Positions 27,590 through 41,887 of a DNA stretch of 64,000 bases are shown in pieces (the stretch's first letter is position 1; every line of letters begins with the position of its first letter). A model generated the notes under the pieces. The model had not been told where the DNA came from. It worked only from the letters and a program-made list of their open reading frames with translations, and did not search any database. This stretch comes from Octopus vulgaris. Lineage: Eukaryota. Made by a program: the position numbers and the translations under genes. The DNA is taken from NCBI GenBank assembly GCA_951406725.2, contig OX597819.1, positions 92,256,001 through 92,320,000 on the forward strand, in the 5' to 3' direction.

Positions 27590-30500
27590 AGACCAGTTCT
27601 GACGTCCTGCACCAAACTGAACATTTTCTTCTGCTATAGTGTGCTTTAAATATACAGTGTACCTTCTTTCTCATATTAAAACTGTAGAATGTATCGATGT
27701 TGCCAGTTTCGGGAACATGTACCGGCTTCTGCCATTGACATATTTTCGATTCTTTTCTGTTATAGGTGAGCTGAAATAAAAAATTGTTTTAAGTAGGTAC
27801 TTCAAATCATGTTAATTACTGGTGGTTGCTAATGCTCTGGGGAGAAATGTGAGCGTAATATACTCTAAAGATATATTTCCTTTATATTTTTGTTCTTGAG
27901 GTCAGCAAAAATTGGATAGCATATTCTTGGCGAATTAACCGGTTGACCGTTTGGTGATATTGCTTTGCGCAAACACATTTTGGAGTTCAGAAAATTACCA
28001 ATGTCACGCTACCTCAAGAACACAGGAAAAGGTACAGATGAAATTATATTACGATGAAAACAGATATATTCATATATTTGGCATTCACATAACCTTAAGC
28101 ATTGTAGCTAATGTTTCATGAACGAATAATCTATGCTTCTATTGTTGACTGCTTCTAGATAAGACATTTTGGTTATGCTGTTCTCTCATTTGATGTTTAA
28201 GATGATGCAAAGGTTTTATTGAGGGAAACGCTGAAGCCTTTTGATATCCGATCGGTATCAAGGTGATGATTACTTGATGAACCATCAGTTTTACTGCTTT
28301 GAATAGATTTTGTTCGCAAAAATCAATTTTGCCAGTTTTCCAAATTCTGAATAGGTTGATCCTATTCTGTGTTCCACATTCTTTTAGAAAATACATTCGT
28401 TGAAAAAGAGGCTTCTAAGGTTTAGCAGTGATCAATTTGTAAGGAATCAAAGAGATTGATCTTTGTAGCAGGTTGGACAAGGAGTTCGATTTTCTTAGTT
28501 TTCAGTGAGAGGTCGAAACACTTTTGGCGTTGTTAAACGATTTCTGGAGTTGGTGTTATGTATAACAAAGAATATTGTCATTGCTGTATTCAAATGCTGA
28601 GCTTTGACTATCGGTAATTCAATGAGATCGAAATATGTCCACCATCAAAGTAGCACTTGGTGTAGATCAATACCTGTATGTCTGGTGAATGTACAAACTG
28701 AAAAAATAAAAAAAATAATCGCATACAAGTATAAGGTGACTGCAACCTGCTTCATTCCGCATGCTATCGAGAACTATTAAGAAAGTGACATGCTGTCATG
28801 CAGTACTTCAACCACTGAAGTGAAGTGTTTTGTGCAGCATACATAGAAATGCATTTTCTCGTTTGCGGAAAACAAGAAAGGGTAGTTTTTGTCGTATTCT
28901 ACTTCACGTTGGCATCACATTGCACAGAAAATCATCTTCATTGTGTCAGAAGCGCGAAAACCGTATTACGCTTCCGGAAGAACATTGTTTGTGATGAAGT
29001 TGAGATGACTTAGAAGAATATTTGCGAACATTTCTCTTGAGATAGAGAACAATAATATTCCCTATACTTCCTCACAAAATTTTCAGTTTCTTTTATGGTT
29101 ATAAGTTCATTAAATTCATTGTGAACTCAAAAGTTTTTCTATGTTTTAAGGTAGATTGTAAAAAGCCCGGTTTTGAGCGGAAAGGTGTATTTTCTGGACG
29201 TGAAGACTTTCGCGGTTTCCTGCACTACCTAGCATTTTCATACTCATGGAATGATGATTATACATTCTTCTATGTTTATTTAAAACGATATAGGATATGT
29301 TTCAAGAAATCATCTGATGTTGATGACTTCTGACACAAGAATAAGGGGAAAATTTGCTTGCTTACGTTTGCAGATATCTTGTAGATTCTACAGCGAGTAG
29401 GTTGCCCGTTATGTTCGTACCGAATCAAATATTTGCTTCGTTCCAGTAACCTTTCTGTTATCACGTTCATCGGCATAATTCTGAAGCTCTATTGTTTCAT
29501 TTTTTTCTGTCACCTTTTCTTTATTTCTGTGAGGTTTGGTTGATATTCAACATTTTGATAGCGAGTCCTTTTAAGTCGTGGTCTAGGATCGCTTTCAATC
29601 GAGGATGTGGTTCATTTCATAGCTGTTGTCAAACCAAATTCGGCTTTTATATTTGATGAAACTAATGACGCTTCTTTCTGCACCCGATATTATATTTCGA
29701 ACTGATGACCACTTTCCATCAAGAAAGCGAGCGTTGGTTGTTCTGGAATTGAGCTGCAAACGAATAGCAGTTTGAAACTTTTTCCTTGATGATAGGCTTA
29801 TCAAGCTTTCAAAGGTCGTATTTTCTTTGAGAGCGTAATGACTATTCTAAACGGTGATCTTCATATATATAATGGCATAACAATTGTCTGTCCAATAACC
29901 ATCAACACTGTTTTGATGAAAAGGATATCTTCTTTATCACGTTTTCAATCGATGATATAGAGCAGGTGGTGCCAGTCTCTGGATCTATGTGGCCTTATGT
30001 CAGTTATGGAGTAGGAAATGCGTATTGGAGATGGTGATAGTATTTCGAATAGAAGAAATCTGAGATTATAGATTCCGACGTCTTCTTTCCAATGACATTC
30101 TTCCAATATCCGATGTTATCTCTTAAGTAGAGAATTCTATTATTTATACTTGTAGAATGGCGTTCTTCAGCTGTTGTGAGAAAGAATTTTTTAATATAAT
30201 AATTGGTTTGATGAATTGGAACATAAGCCGAGATAAGTGTAAAATATTTACCTTAGGGTGATGGCATATTAAGAGACACATGGAGTCATAAGTTGTTTGA
30301 TGACAACAGTTGGAGTTAGTTAATGTTTTTCAACGATCTTGATCTTAATGTCAAAAGGAACTCCATTGATTCTTATGTGTTCTTTTACTTAACTTTTCCA
30401 AAAGTGAGTATAACTCGAATCCATCACGCCAAGTTTTAGAGAATCGTGTTTTACAGGAACAGAGATATCCTACTGAGACAAAGACGTAGTTTTGTTCTTT

Positions 30501-31440
30501 GAATATTATATAGAGGAAGAAGGCGGCGAGTTGGCAGAATCATGAGCGGCACTTTATCCGTTTTTAGGTTCTGAGTTCAAATTCCGCCGGGGTTAACTTC
30601 GTCTTTCATCGTTTCGAGGTTGATAAAACAAGTACCAGTTGAGCACAGCAACCGATGTATTCGGCTTATCACCTCACCCCAAATTGGTAGCCTTTTTTTC
30701 AAAATTTAAAACCATTATCGCGTAAAGAGGAAGAGTGGTTCTTACTTTGTAGATTTCAAAGATAAGGTTGCTTGATCCGTATTCAATTTTTTGGAGAGTT
30801 CAATCACATGTAAAGAAATCCATCAGGTATTGTTGCTCAGTCAGGTCGAGGGTGGTGGGTTCCGATTTTTCGCCCGCATTTTCAACGGTATTCTACACTG
30901 AAGGCAAGCAAATTCATTCCGAAATATGAGTGCATACACAGAAGTAGTACTAGAACTTCTAAGTATCCACGACATCTTGAGTAGATGACTATCATACAGA
31001 TATAATCAACACTCAGGTAAAGGCTAGTAGTTTCAAGCAACATCAATCCCCATCCAATCGTTCTTAACTATCAAAGTATTCAATTAAGATAAAACAAGAT
31101 GAAAATGCTACAGGAATTACCAGTAGATATAAATGCTAGTGACCAGGATTAGTGTACAGTGGATCTTAACTTGTCCTGGAGTAACATAAACAGTATAATT
31201 GCACATGCTGAGTAAGAGAGGCAGTATCAGGTAATGTATATGTAAAGATTGACTGTGACATAGGTGTAATTTCCCAAGGTGCTGTCTTAAACCATATACT
31301 TAGTGGTTTTCCCTGCGCTAGTTAAGGGTTATTATTTTGCTGTTGAGGATTTGAAGTGGCATTGGTGGTGTTCATTTTGGAACCTCCTTTGTTACATTTC
31401 TACCGATGATGGACTTGCCAGACGCATGAAGCTCCCGAAG
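27590..31440 (-). pseudogene. Decayed RTE-clade LINE (APE endonuclease + RT)
   Basis: Minus-strand remnants of an endonuclease N-terminus (~30350-30470) and of the RT thumb NVEHRIGSTYSEFGKL (~28330-28380). Many stops and frameshifts. Confidence 0.7.
30521..30718 (+). mobile_element. SINE family B inserted in the RTE relic (other fragments at ~15848, ~52310, ~62487)
   Basis: aggcggcgagttggcagaatc...gttctgagttcaaattccgccg...ctttcatc. Confidence 0.8.
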
Positions 31441-31478
31441 AAATCACTTTCAGAATCATCCAAAAGTTCTAATGCCCA

Positions 31479-31568
<90 letters not shown>

Positions 31569-31650
31569 TCATACATCTCCATCCATATGTATATCTGTGC
31601 AGGTCCGCGCACACACATACACACATTTATAGATGAATCCTATTATATAT

Positions 31651-31749
<99 letters not shown>

Positions 31750-32437
31750 GCATTTATATATGAATATATATGTGTTGTGTGTGTAGCATATAATATGCTT
31801 GTATTTACGTATACACGTGTAAATATACTTTTGTATATTTGATTCAAAACGATAGCTTAAGCTTAAGATAAATATCTTTTGGCATGTTGAAACAGGAACT
31901 GCATCTCATGTTAGTCACAAGACAAGAACATAAATGTTACATTAAGTCTCATAAGATGTTTATAGAAAATAAGCATTAAAAAGAATATTAAACCATTATG
32001 AATATTAAGCCATGAATAGGACTACATCATATACAAATACACAATGTATATCTTACTGATCTGACAATAACAATGGCGGAAGGAAAACTATAATAATGAT
32101 TATAAAGAATTATATAGCCATACTAAATTTTTGATGTAGCTATTATACATATATATATATATATATGTATGTATACATACATTCATTCATATACACATGC
32201 ATATATACATACACACGTACATCCACACATACATATATACACAGGCAGGCACACATATATAAATGTATATATATATACATACATTTATATTATGTGGTTG
32301 TTTATAAAAGTGTATATAAGAATATATGTACAAATGTAATATTAAAATCTACATTTGTATTTGCATGTGTATATGTATGTATTTGTGTATGTAGCTATCA
32401 TACGTGAAATACGCTGCATTATATCAACAATTCCTCA

Positions 32438-32481
32438 TTACAATCTGATGATTCAATAGAAGAAATTACAATAAATTGTAA
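32438..32481 (+). ncRNA. Minimal type I hammerhead-like motif
   Basis: ttacaat-CTGATGA-ttc-aata-gaa-GAAA-ttacaa-TA-(a)attgtaa. There is one extra A before the 3' strand of stem I. Confidence 0.6.
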
Positions 32482-33499
32482 TTCCAACTTTTCGGCTTCA
32501 ATAAATATCTATAGTTCTCTGCTTTCTATATTGAGTTCTTTGTATTCGATGATGTTTGTAACGGACTACAATATATATATATATATATTATTGGTAAACT
32601 TGTGTGTGTATCTATTTATAACTAGCAACGAATACAAAGTACTTAATACGGAAAGCAGATAAACCTCGGCATTGAATTTATCACATTTCATTTGTTGAAT
32701 CATCGAATTTTAAGGAGGAACTCGTGATAGCAATATGTGATATGAGGGGAATTTGGTTGCAATATCTAGCAGATCGCAGAACTACATAGAGAACATTTTA
32801 CAGTTTCTAAGATTTATTTATTGTTAAACTTACAATGATACAATGTCTTGTGCCTCAAGATTAACTTTGATTGCACACCTATTTTAACAATTTTTGCATC
32901 AATAAACCTACCGTTAGATTGATTAGTGAGATCTTCTGCAAAAGTAAGTGCGTAGGCCAGCTGTCTGACTAACAAGGTGTCAACAATTCACCAAATAAAA
33001 TCCTGTGTATTAAGCAACTATCTAACCCAGCCGTATACAATTTAATAATAATCTAGTGTGCCGACCAACGAAGCAAACACCCAACCAACGAAATGGCCTG
33101 AGGCATGATCCACTGTATCTTTCAAATGTATACATTCCTACTGTATAGCATAGGAATCATCCTTACATACTGTATATCAATTATAGCTGAATTTATTAAT
33201 TTACAACATCTGCATTCTGCGTTACACTATTCGTCTATTACATCCTGTTTAACAAGTGAATGATTGTGGCAAATTTCTTCTCCAAATAACTTTGAACCGT
33301 TTCATGAACACAAATACAGATAACTGATCATTGGTTCTCAAGTAACACTAAATAACAGATCACATAGAAATAATTCTCTTCAAATTAGAAAAACCTATTA
33401 ACAAATTCGTACACATATATTACTCATATGCACTCCACATAGCACAACACGCCCGTGAAAGCACTAACATGCGTACGTATATATAAACAAATACTTGAT

Positions 33500-33580
<81 letters not shown>

Positions 33581-33627
33581 CTACCTATCTATCTATCTAC
33601 CTATCTATATATCTATCGATTTTTAAA

Positions 33628-33677
<50 letters not shown>

Positions 33678-33777
33678 TTATCTATCTATCTCTTTACATA
33701 TACACGCGCATACACAAGCACACACACACGCACGTATCCCTCCACATATGTAGATTAAAATAGAAACTAAATAAGCA

Positions 33778-34032
33778 AAACATTTGACATCATTCCAAAA
33801 CACTTAATATAAATAGAAAATATAACATAGTGCAGAATAGATATGATAAATAAGTAATTGACTCTTACAACCGTTTCTGGAATAGCTAAGCATGTTGAAT
33901 CATGATAGATCATGATAGATGACTATTCTAGAAACAGGTGTCAAATACTTAAACCTATTTATCACAATTGCTCTGTTCTATTTTCATAATCTCTATTTAA
34001 ATTGAATGCTTTTGAAGTGATATTAAATGTTT
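33778..34032. repeat. Imperfect foldback (~125-bp arms) carrying hammerhead 3' halves on both strands
   Basis: aaacatttgacatca...tttctggaatag pairs with ctattctagaaa...tgatattaaatgttt. Confidence 0.65.
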
Positions 34033-34237
34033 TCTTTTTTCCTTTTCTGTTTTAATCTATATCTACCACTCAAGGAGAAACCACTTCTAGTCACCTTTGA
34101 TAGGTGATTTCAGCATCACATTCTCCAGTGGCTGTTCAAACCGGAGGTTTAATGGTAAATCAATCAGAGCACTCATAGTACATACCTATTACAATCGACG
34201 AAAATTCTTGCATATTATATATATATATATATACATG

Positions 34238-34297
<60 letters not shown>

Positions 34298-34316
34298 ATA
34301 TATATATATATATGTG

Positions 34317-34389
<73 letters not shown>

Positions 34390-34391
<2 letters not shown>

Positions 34392-35003
34392 ATAAACCTT
34401 TACATAAATAAATAACGTGAAATACACGAAGGGACGAACAAAAAGACAAACGGGTCATTCAAAGCCTTCATTCTTCAGTCAGAAACTGATCCCTCATCGC
34501 AGATTTCGGCTGTTTAATTCTGAGATCCGCCAGCCACAGAAGGAAAGAATGCAACGCAACAGAGACGAACATGAAACGAAAAATCTTTTTTGGAGACAGT
34601 AACGGTTAAAAACATGGATGACACAGGCGCCCTACGGCTTTGAGACAAAAAGAGAGAAACAAAAACAATATCAGCAAGCGTGGAAAAATAATTACCTTTT
34701 CGGTGATAAGACACATGTTGAACAAGCGGCCGATGGAAACAGAATGGCTGAGGCAGCAAGTCGCAAGCGGGTAAGAGAGAGAAGGGGGTAAGAGAGAGAG
34801 GGGACCAAGGAAGGTGGAAGGCGAGGATAGAAGCAGTGACCGAGAGAGAGAGGGAGAGAAGGAATCAGAGAAGAAGCAGTGACCAAGAGAGAGAGGGTGA
34901 GAAGGAATCAGAGAGGCTGGGAGAAAAAGGCGCCAAAACAATTTGGCAACGAAGCAATGGCGAAGGAAAGAAAATAGTTTAAAGACATCGTGCAGGGGTT
35001 TTG
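34390..35003. mobile_element. (TA)n-embedded repeat, opposite orientation to 4190-4577
   Basis: acgggtcattc...tcttcagtca...atttcggc, followed by a GA-rich tract, flanked by long (TA)n. Confidence 0.6.
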
Positions 35004-35508
<505 letters not shown>

Positions 35509-35612
35509 TGGAAAAAAAGTCCAGGTAGAAAGTGCAAAAATAATTTTATAAAAGTATTTCTGGTTTCAGTAATTAAAACTTTTTCAAATGTAAATATGGA
35601 AAACAATTAAAT

Positions 35613-35760
35613 TTTGGAAAAATTAACACAAAAGATTTTTAAAAGAATATTTGCATATTATTCAAATACAAGGGGCATCTTCCCTGTTCCTGCCTGTCTC
35701 TGTCTCTCTTGAGGCTATGCAAATATTCTTTTAAAAACTTTTCTTCTAATTTTTCCCAAA
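35613..35760. repeat. Inverted repeat with a 22-bp perfect core
   Basis: 35636-35657 pairs with 35716-35737 and extends imperfectly outward. Confidence 0.75.
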
Positions 35761-36186
35761 TGTGAATTTATCTAAGGCATTAGAGCATTTTAGCTCTTCT
35801 AGCAATGTGTTTTTTAACACCTTAGTCACATTTTGTGACAATTACAATTCATCGTTTTGGTGAAACATTACAACACTATGAAAAATATAATATATATAAA
35901 AGGTAGATAATAGACACAGATTGGTGATATAAATATTACGTAATAGTACATAACTGGATAAGCAATAGAATGTCATCAGTCGAGATTAGAGCCATTATTT
36001 ACAAGTACCGCAGAAACTGGGGTATTTTCAAATTTGATTCGTATACAAATATACGATCTGTGTAGGTATCTTGGACAGCCTCAAGGTCAGTGCTTCTCTG
36101 CCTATAGAATTTTTCTCGAACAAATAATGCCTACCATCTTGTAGCACTGCGATGACACGAGGACAACAGCAGCAATAATAATAATA

Positions 36187-36258
<72 letters not shown>

Positions 36259-36261
36259 GTA

Positions 36262-36335
<74 letters not shown>

Positions 36336-36723
36336 CAGCAAAATGTGGAAGCTGAACACTAAAACAATACCTGTTGTCATAGGTGCCCTGGGAATGATAG
36401 CGAAAGGGACTGATTGCTACCTAAATCAGATACCAGGAAACCCCAAAATGGCAGAAATTCAAAAGATAGTGCTCATGGGAACTGCTCATATCCTACGCAA
36501 AATACTCTCTATGTAATCCCAAGGTTTAAAACAAAAGTTTTTTTAAAAAATTTATTATTTTTTTATGTATCAGACATTCACTAGTTCAACACAAAAAACC
36601 CCCAAATATATGGCACACTAGGCATAACAACAACGTGAACTTCCAACCTGTTGTCTCTTGAGGTCTCTGGGTGAGACTTGGAGCCAACTTGTACAGACAT
36701 AAAGCAAAAGTCAAACATGGAAC
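36336..36723 (+). mobile_element. 5'-truncated R4/Dong-clade LINE 3' end inserted in (TAA)n
   Basis: KMWKLNTKTIPVVIGALG...EIQKIVLMGTAHILRKIL* (stop 36514-36516), then a 3' UTR. (TAA)n on both sides. Confidence 0.85.
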
Positions 36724-36796
<73 letters not shown>

Positions 36797-37142
36797 TCAA
36801 CGAAATCATGGAGAAGGAAATGAAAGAACAACTGAAGAAAGAATATTTCCGGAGACTAAGATTGGTGTTACGCTCAAAATTAACATGATGGAATAAAATC
36901 CCAGCTGTAAATATATGGGCGATAACATTACTTCGGTATGGAGTTGGAATCATAAGTTGGTAAAAGGAAGAACTGATGAGGGTGGATAGGAAGTCACAGA
37001 AAATATACTCTGTGCACGAGAATTCCATTCCGAGAGTGACATTGATAAGTTATAATTGTTCAGAAGAAATGGTGGGAGAGGTTTGATCACTTGCCAGGAT
37101 TGTGTAGAAGCAGAGGAAAACAATTTAGGGTGGTATGCAAAA
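36797..37142 (+). pseudogene. R4/Dong-clade RT thumb fragment
   Basis: MKEQLKKEYFRRLRLVLRSKL...LRYGVGIISW...GGRGL. Confidence 0.8.
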
Positions 37143-38714
37143 ACTCATTCACATGACCGAACACTCGTACTCGGCTGCAAACATTCATATTTGACTGATG
37201 TAATAATATTTCACATGATTCGAATATGTTAGATTCAGCTGTATCCTAACGTCATTTAAGAAACAGAACAACAATTGCAACTAACCAATCATTTTGAAAC
37301 TAATCTCTTATATAATTATCTGAGATTTTTGTGGGTAATATGTTGTATCTTTTTTAACTTTTACCATTGGCAGTGCTCAAGATGATTTATCGCAAGCATT
37401 TTTCTGAGTTTAAAATCCACGGTGGGCGAGAATGAATAAAATATTTATCAGGTCCCCATGTTCGGAGCAGCTATTGTTGTGAGATTAAGAATGTAAGGTT
37501 GCATTGCAATCACGTATTCTCTCATTCCATCCAGCTTCTGCCATAGCGCGGGCCGACCTAAGGCTGGTGAGGGGAACATGTTCTGGGAATAAAGTAAATG
37601 AAATCAAATAGAACGATTCTTTCTAGTCTTGAGCTAATTTACTGTCCATCACATTGCCAGAATTTAGCTGTTGGTATCTATTTTGTTTGAATCATTCAGA
37701 GCAATTTTACTTTTATTATATATCCTTTTTCTGTATCCAGTCTAAGAGTTCGATAATAGGTCAGAAACACTGCACTTTCAACTCCTTCGAAGCCATAAAA
37801 AGACATTCAAAACATTTCCAGGATAAATTTAATAATATATAGAACCACTTTGAAAAATTAGCTTTCAACTTGATTTTCAAGTTAAAATAACAAAGTGTGA
37901 TCTGAAATCATAACGTGGTAGTAAGAACCCTAGTAGTGCAAGACAATCAAATCGCTTAGTGCAATTTTAACCAATTCCCTAAATGTATCAGTTAGGTCCA
38001 TCACCATAATGTTCTACGTCGATTGAAAAAAAAATCATATTATTCTTTGCTATAAATCATACAAGGACATGTGTACTAAAAGAAAATATACATGCCAATA
38101 AAATCGCCTCTACTCTAGCTTAGAGTTCTGTTCTAAAACAAACAAAGAAATTAATTATAGTCTAGAGCTACGTGTGGTTAAAGGAATGATAGAAGGAAAA
38201 GATTGATTGGAAGTGTACGTTTGTATTAGATACATGTATGTATGCATACATGTATGTCGTATTTGTATGTGTTTGTGTATACATATGCACATAGATACAT
38301 ATATGGATATGTGTGTATGTGTGTACATATATATATATATTGAGAGTGTTGTGTGAGGGAGAGAAGTTTGGGGAGGGAGTAATGGGATGAGAGAAGAAAA
38401 GAAGTTAAGAAAGCATGAAAAGAAACAGAGGGATACAGTAAGGACATAAAGAAGGATCGATACATTTGCGATAGGAAGAAAAGGAAAAGTGGGAAGAAAC
38501 AACAGAAGCGGGAAAAACAATGAATACGAAGAAAATTAGGTAATAAGAGGATAAGTGGAAAAACAGGAGACAAAAAGGTAATAAAAATAATAACACAAAA
38601 AGAAAATGATATGAGGGAGAATCATATTTGTTGAAAGAGGAGTGAGAAACTATGAAAAGAAAGGAGTAGAAGATAAAATGAAAGCGGACTGAGAGTCAGT
38701 GTAGGGACACTCAC

Positions 38715-38755
<41 letters not shown>

Positions 38756-39220
38756 GAGAGTAAAAGAGAGAGAAAGGAAGAGAGAGAAAGGAATAGAGAG
38801 AAAGAGAGAGAGAGAGAAACAGAGAGAAAGGAAGAGAGAGATGTGTGTATGTGAAAGAGAGAATGAGAGAGAGAGAGAGAGAAAAGAGAATGAGGGAGAA
38901 TGAGAGAGAAGGGTAGGAGAGTACAAGAAAGAGCAAAGTAAAAGGAGAAAAACATAATGAACATGGTAGTAGAATGTTCGATTAAAATTAAAATTAGTGA
39001 GTGGTAAGCAAGATTATTAGTAAGTAGAGGTGGGGGGTGGCTGGAAATGAAAGTACGACAGAAGTGGACTAATAATTGATTGAGGAAAAGAAAAGGAAAA
39101 ACAAAAACGGAACAACGGAACAGGATGAAACGAAGAATGGTTGGTGAAATCATTATAAGTAATTAATATAAGTCAATATGGTTGTCTCCCTTTCCTTCTC
39201 TTTCTCACTCACTTTCACTC

Positions 39221-39291
<71 letters not shown>

Positions 39292-39717
39292 ATATCTGTA
39301 TGTATGCATGTACGTATGTTATCTGTTTTCAATTATTTAAATTATTCCTCTAAGGAACTAACTACTTTCAACAAAGATACAAAACTCTTTCGTTGGAATG
39401 TAGATAACAAAAATAAAGTCACATTTAAAACTTGGAAAAATTCTTGCATATCTTTACTGTTCCACTTATAGATTGTATTTGTAATGTGTAAGTTACTTGG
39501 TTGATATCATTATCTGAAAATACAAGCTTCACGATTTACTGTCTTCACTCTAAGACTGTCACATAAAGATTTACTCAGATAACCATGTGCACCAACAATG
39601 ATTGACATTGATGTGAATCTATAATGTGGATATAGAAGCCGTATTTATGTATGTATGTATGTATGTATGTATGTATGTATGTATGTATGTATGTATGCAT
39701 GCATACTTGTACACGTG

Positions 39718-39748
<31 letters not shown>

Positions 39749-40142
39749 ATACACACACACACACACATACACACACAAACACACACACACATATATATAT
39801 GTTTGCGTATGTACTCTCTCTCCTTCTCTAACTCCTCTCCCTAGGTCTGTCTTTCTCTATATATATATATATTCGTAGATATATGTATGTATGTTAATAT
39901 GTAAGTATGTTTACACCGCTTGTCAAGCTGTGATGGGACAAACGCAGACAGAAGCACAAACACACACACACACATGCATGACGGTCCTCTTTTAGTTACC
40001 TTGTACCAAATCCACTCACAAGGTTTTGGTTGGTCTAAGGCTATAGTAGAACCATTTACCCGAGGTCTCATGAAGTGGGACCGAGCCTGGTACCATATGG
40101 TTGGGATGCAAACATCTTACTATGCTGCCTCGACTGCGCCTG

Positions 40143-40250
<108 letters not shown>

Positions 40251-40643
40251 CGTTTTGAATGGCTTATATGTGTGTGTGTGTTTGTGTGTGTGTATGTGTG
40301 TGTGTGTATTGAAAAGGTCGAGAAGACTCTCGACATTTCGAGCAAATTTATATCAAAAACATAAAAGTGAGAAGTGCTTTGTCTACTTCATTATAAATAG
40401 GATGAAAATATTTACAATTTATCAACATATGCTATTGTTTTCAACTGTTAAGACAAGATTCACTCATGATTTACTCATGTACTTCGAAAAGGAAAACAGT
40501 TAATTCAAATAAATTAACTTAAATTCGTACTCCAGGACAGCAGTTTTCAAATTTTGCATGTTTTCCTAACAAAATATATGATAGTGGTTGTTTGTTTACC
40601 TTTGATTTCTACTGAGTCATAATACTGATAATAACAGTATTAG

Positions 40644-41033
40644 TGGAGGCGCAATGGCCCAGTGGTTAGGGCAGCGGACTCGTGGTCATAGGATCGCGGT
40701 TTCGATTCCCAGACCGGACGTTGTGAGTGTTTATTGAGCGAAAACATCTAAAGCTCCACGAGGCTCCGGCAGGGGATGGTGGTGATCCCTGCTGCACTCT
40801 TTCACCACAACTTTCTCTCACTCTTACTTCCTGTTTCTGTTGTACCTGTATTTCAAAGGGCCGGCCTTGTCACTCTCTTGTGTCACGCTGAATATCCCCG
40901 AGAACTACGTTAAGGGTACACGTGTCTGTGGAGTGCTCAGCCACTTACACGTTAATTTCGCGATCAGGCTGTTCCGTTGATTCGGATCAACCGGAATCCT
41001 CGCCGTCGTAACCGACGGAGTGCTTCCATCCAG
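40644..41033 (+). mobile_element. tRNA-Arg-like SINE family A (resembles octopus OR-type), full length with 12-bp TSD
   Basis: A box tggcccagtgg, B box ggtttcgattcc. TSD taacagtattag at 40632-40643 and 41034-41045. Confidence 0.9.
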
Positions 41034-41554
41034 TAACAGTATTAGCTGCTATTGTGGCATTTTCTTCTTTCTTGTTGCAGCAGGGGATCATGTTATGTTG
41101 TGCCTTATTGGCAATATTAATATTACGGAGTGGTTAGTAATGTTAGAAGTCGTATGGAAGTGGCTTTTGTAGTAGCAACATTGGTAGTGGTTTTATCGCT
41201 TCTGACTATATTACCCTCTCTAACAGCTTAAGCAGTAATTGTATTAATTGACATGGTGAAATGATGAAAGCCGTAGGTGTAGTGGCATTATTTTGATCTC
41301 TAACTTCAGCATCAGGAGTGGAGTAACAACACTATTAGATGTAGTAGCAACAACAGCTATAGCATTTATAGTAGTCCTATTAAACAGTATTAATTTTTAC
41401 TTTCCTTCAGAGGTTAAGAATTTGTCAGTACTGCATTATAAGCGGGGTTACTTTTTTGAGGCATTGCATTTATGCTGTACCATCGGCGATTTTATTCAAA
41501 TAAATACACATATATTTAAAATGGCCTACATATACGTAGAATGAATTTGCGTGA

Positions 41555-41887
41555 AGGCGCATGGCTCAATGATTAGAGGGTGAGATTCGCAATCCTGAGG
41601 TAGTGCGTTTGATTCTCGGTCCGGTCTGTGTTGTGTTCTTGAGGAAAACACATTATTTTACATTGCTGCTGTTCACTCAGCTGCAGAAATGAGTTGCGAC
41701 GTCACTGGTGCCAAGCTGAATCGGCCTTTGCCTTTCCCTCGGATAACGTCTTTAGTGTGGAGAAGGGAAGACTGGTACGCATTGGTGACTGCTGGTCTTC
41801 CATAAACAGCTTTGCCCGGACTTGTGCATCGGAGGGTAAATTTCTAGGTGCAATCCCACAGTCATTTATGACCGAAGCGGGGGCCTT
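41555..41887 (+). mobile_element. tRNA-headed SINE family D (related minus-strand fragment ~55190-55370)
   Basis: A-box-like tggctcaatg, B-box-like gtttgattctc, and core gctgttcactcagctgcagaaatgag. Confidence 0.6.

Noticed and set aside
40644-40720. Possible tRNA gene
   Set aside because: It is a SINE head: it continues into a repeat body with a TSD and has several diverged copies.
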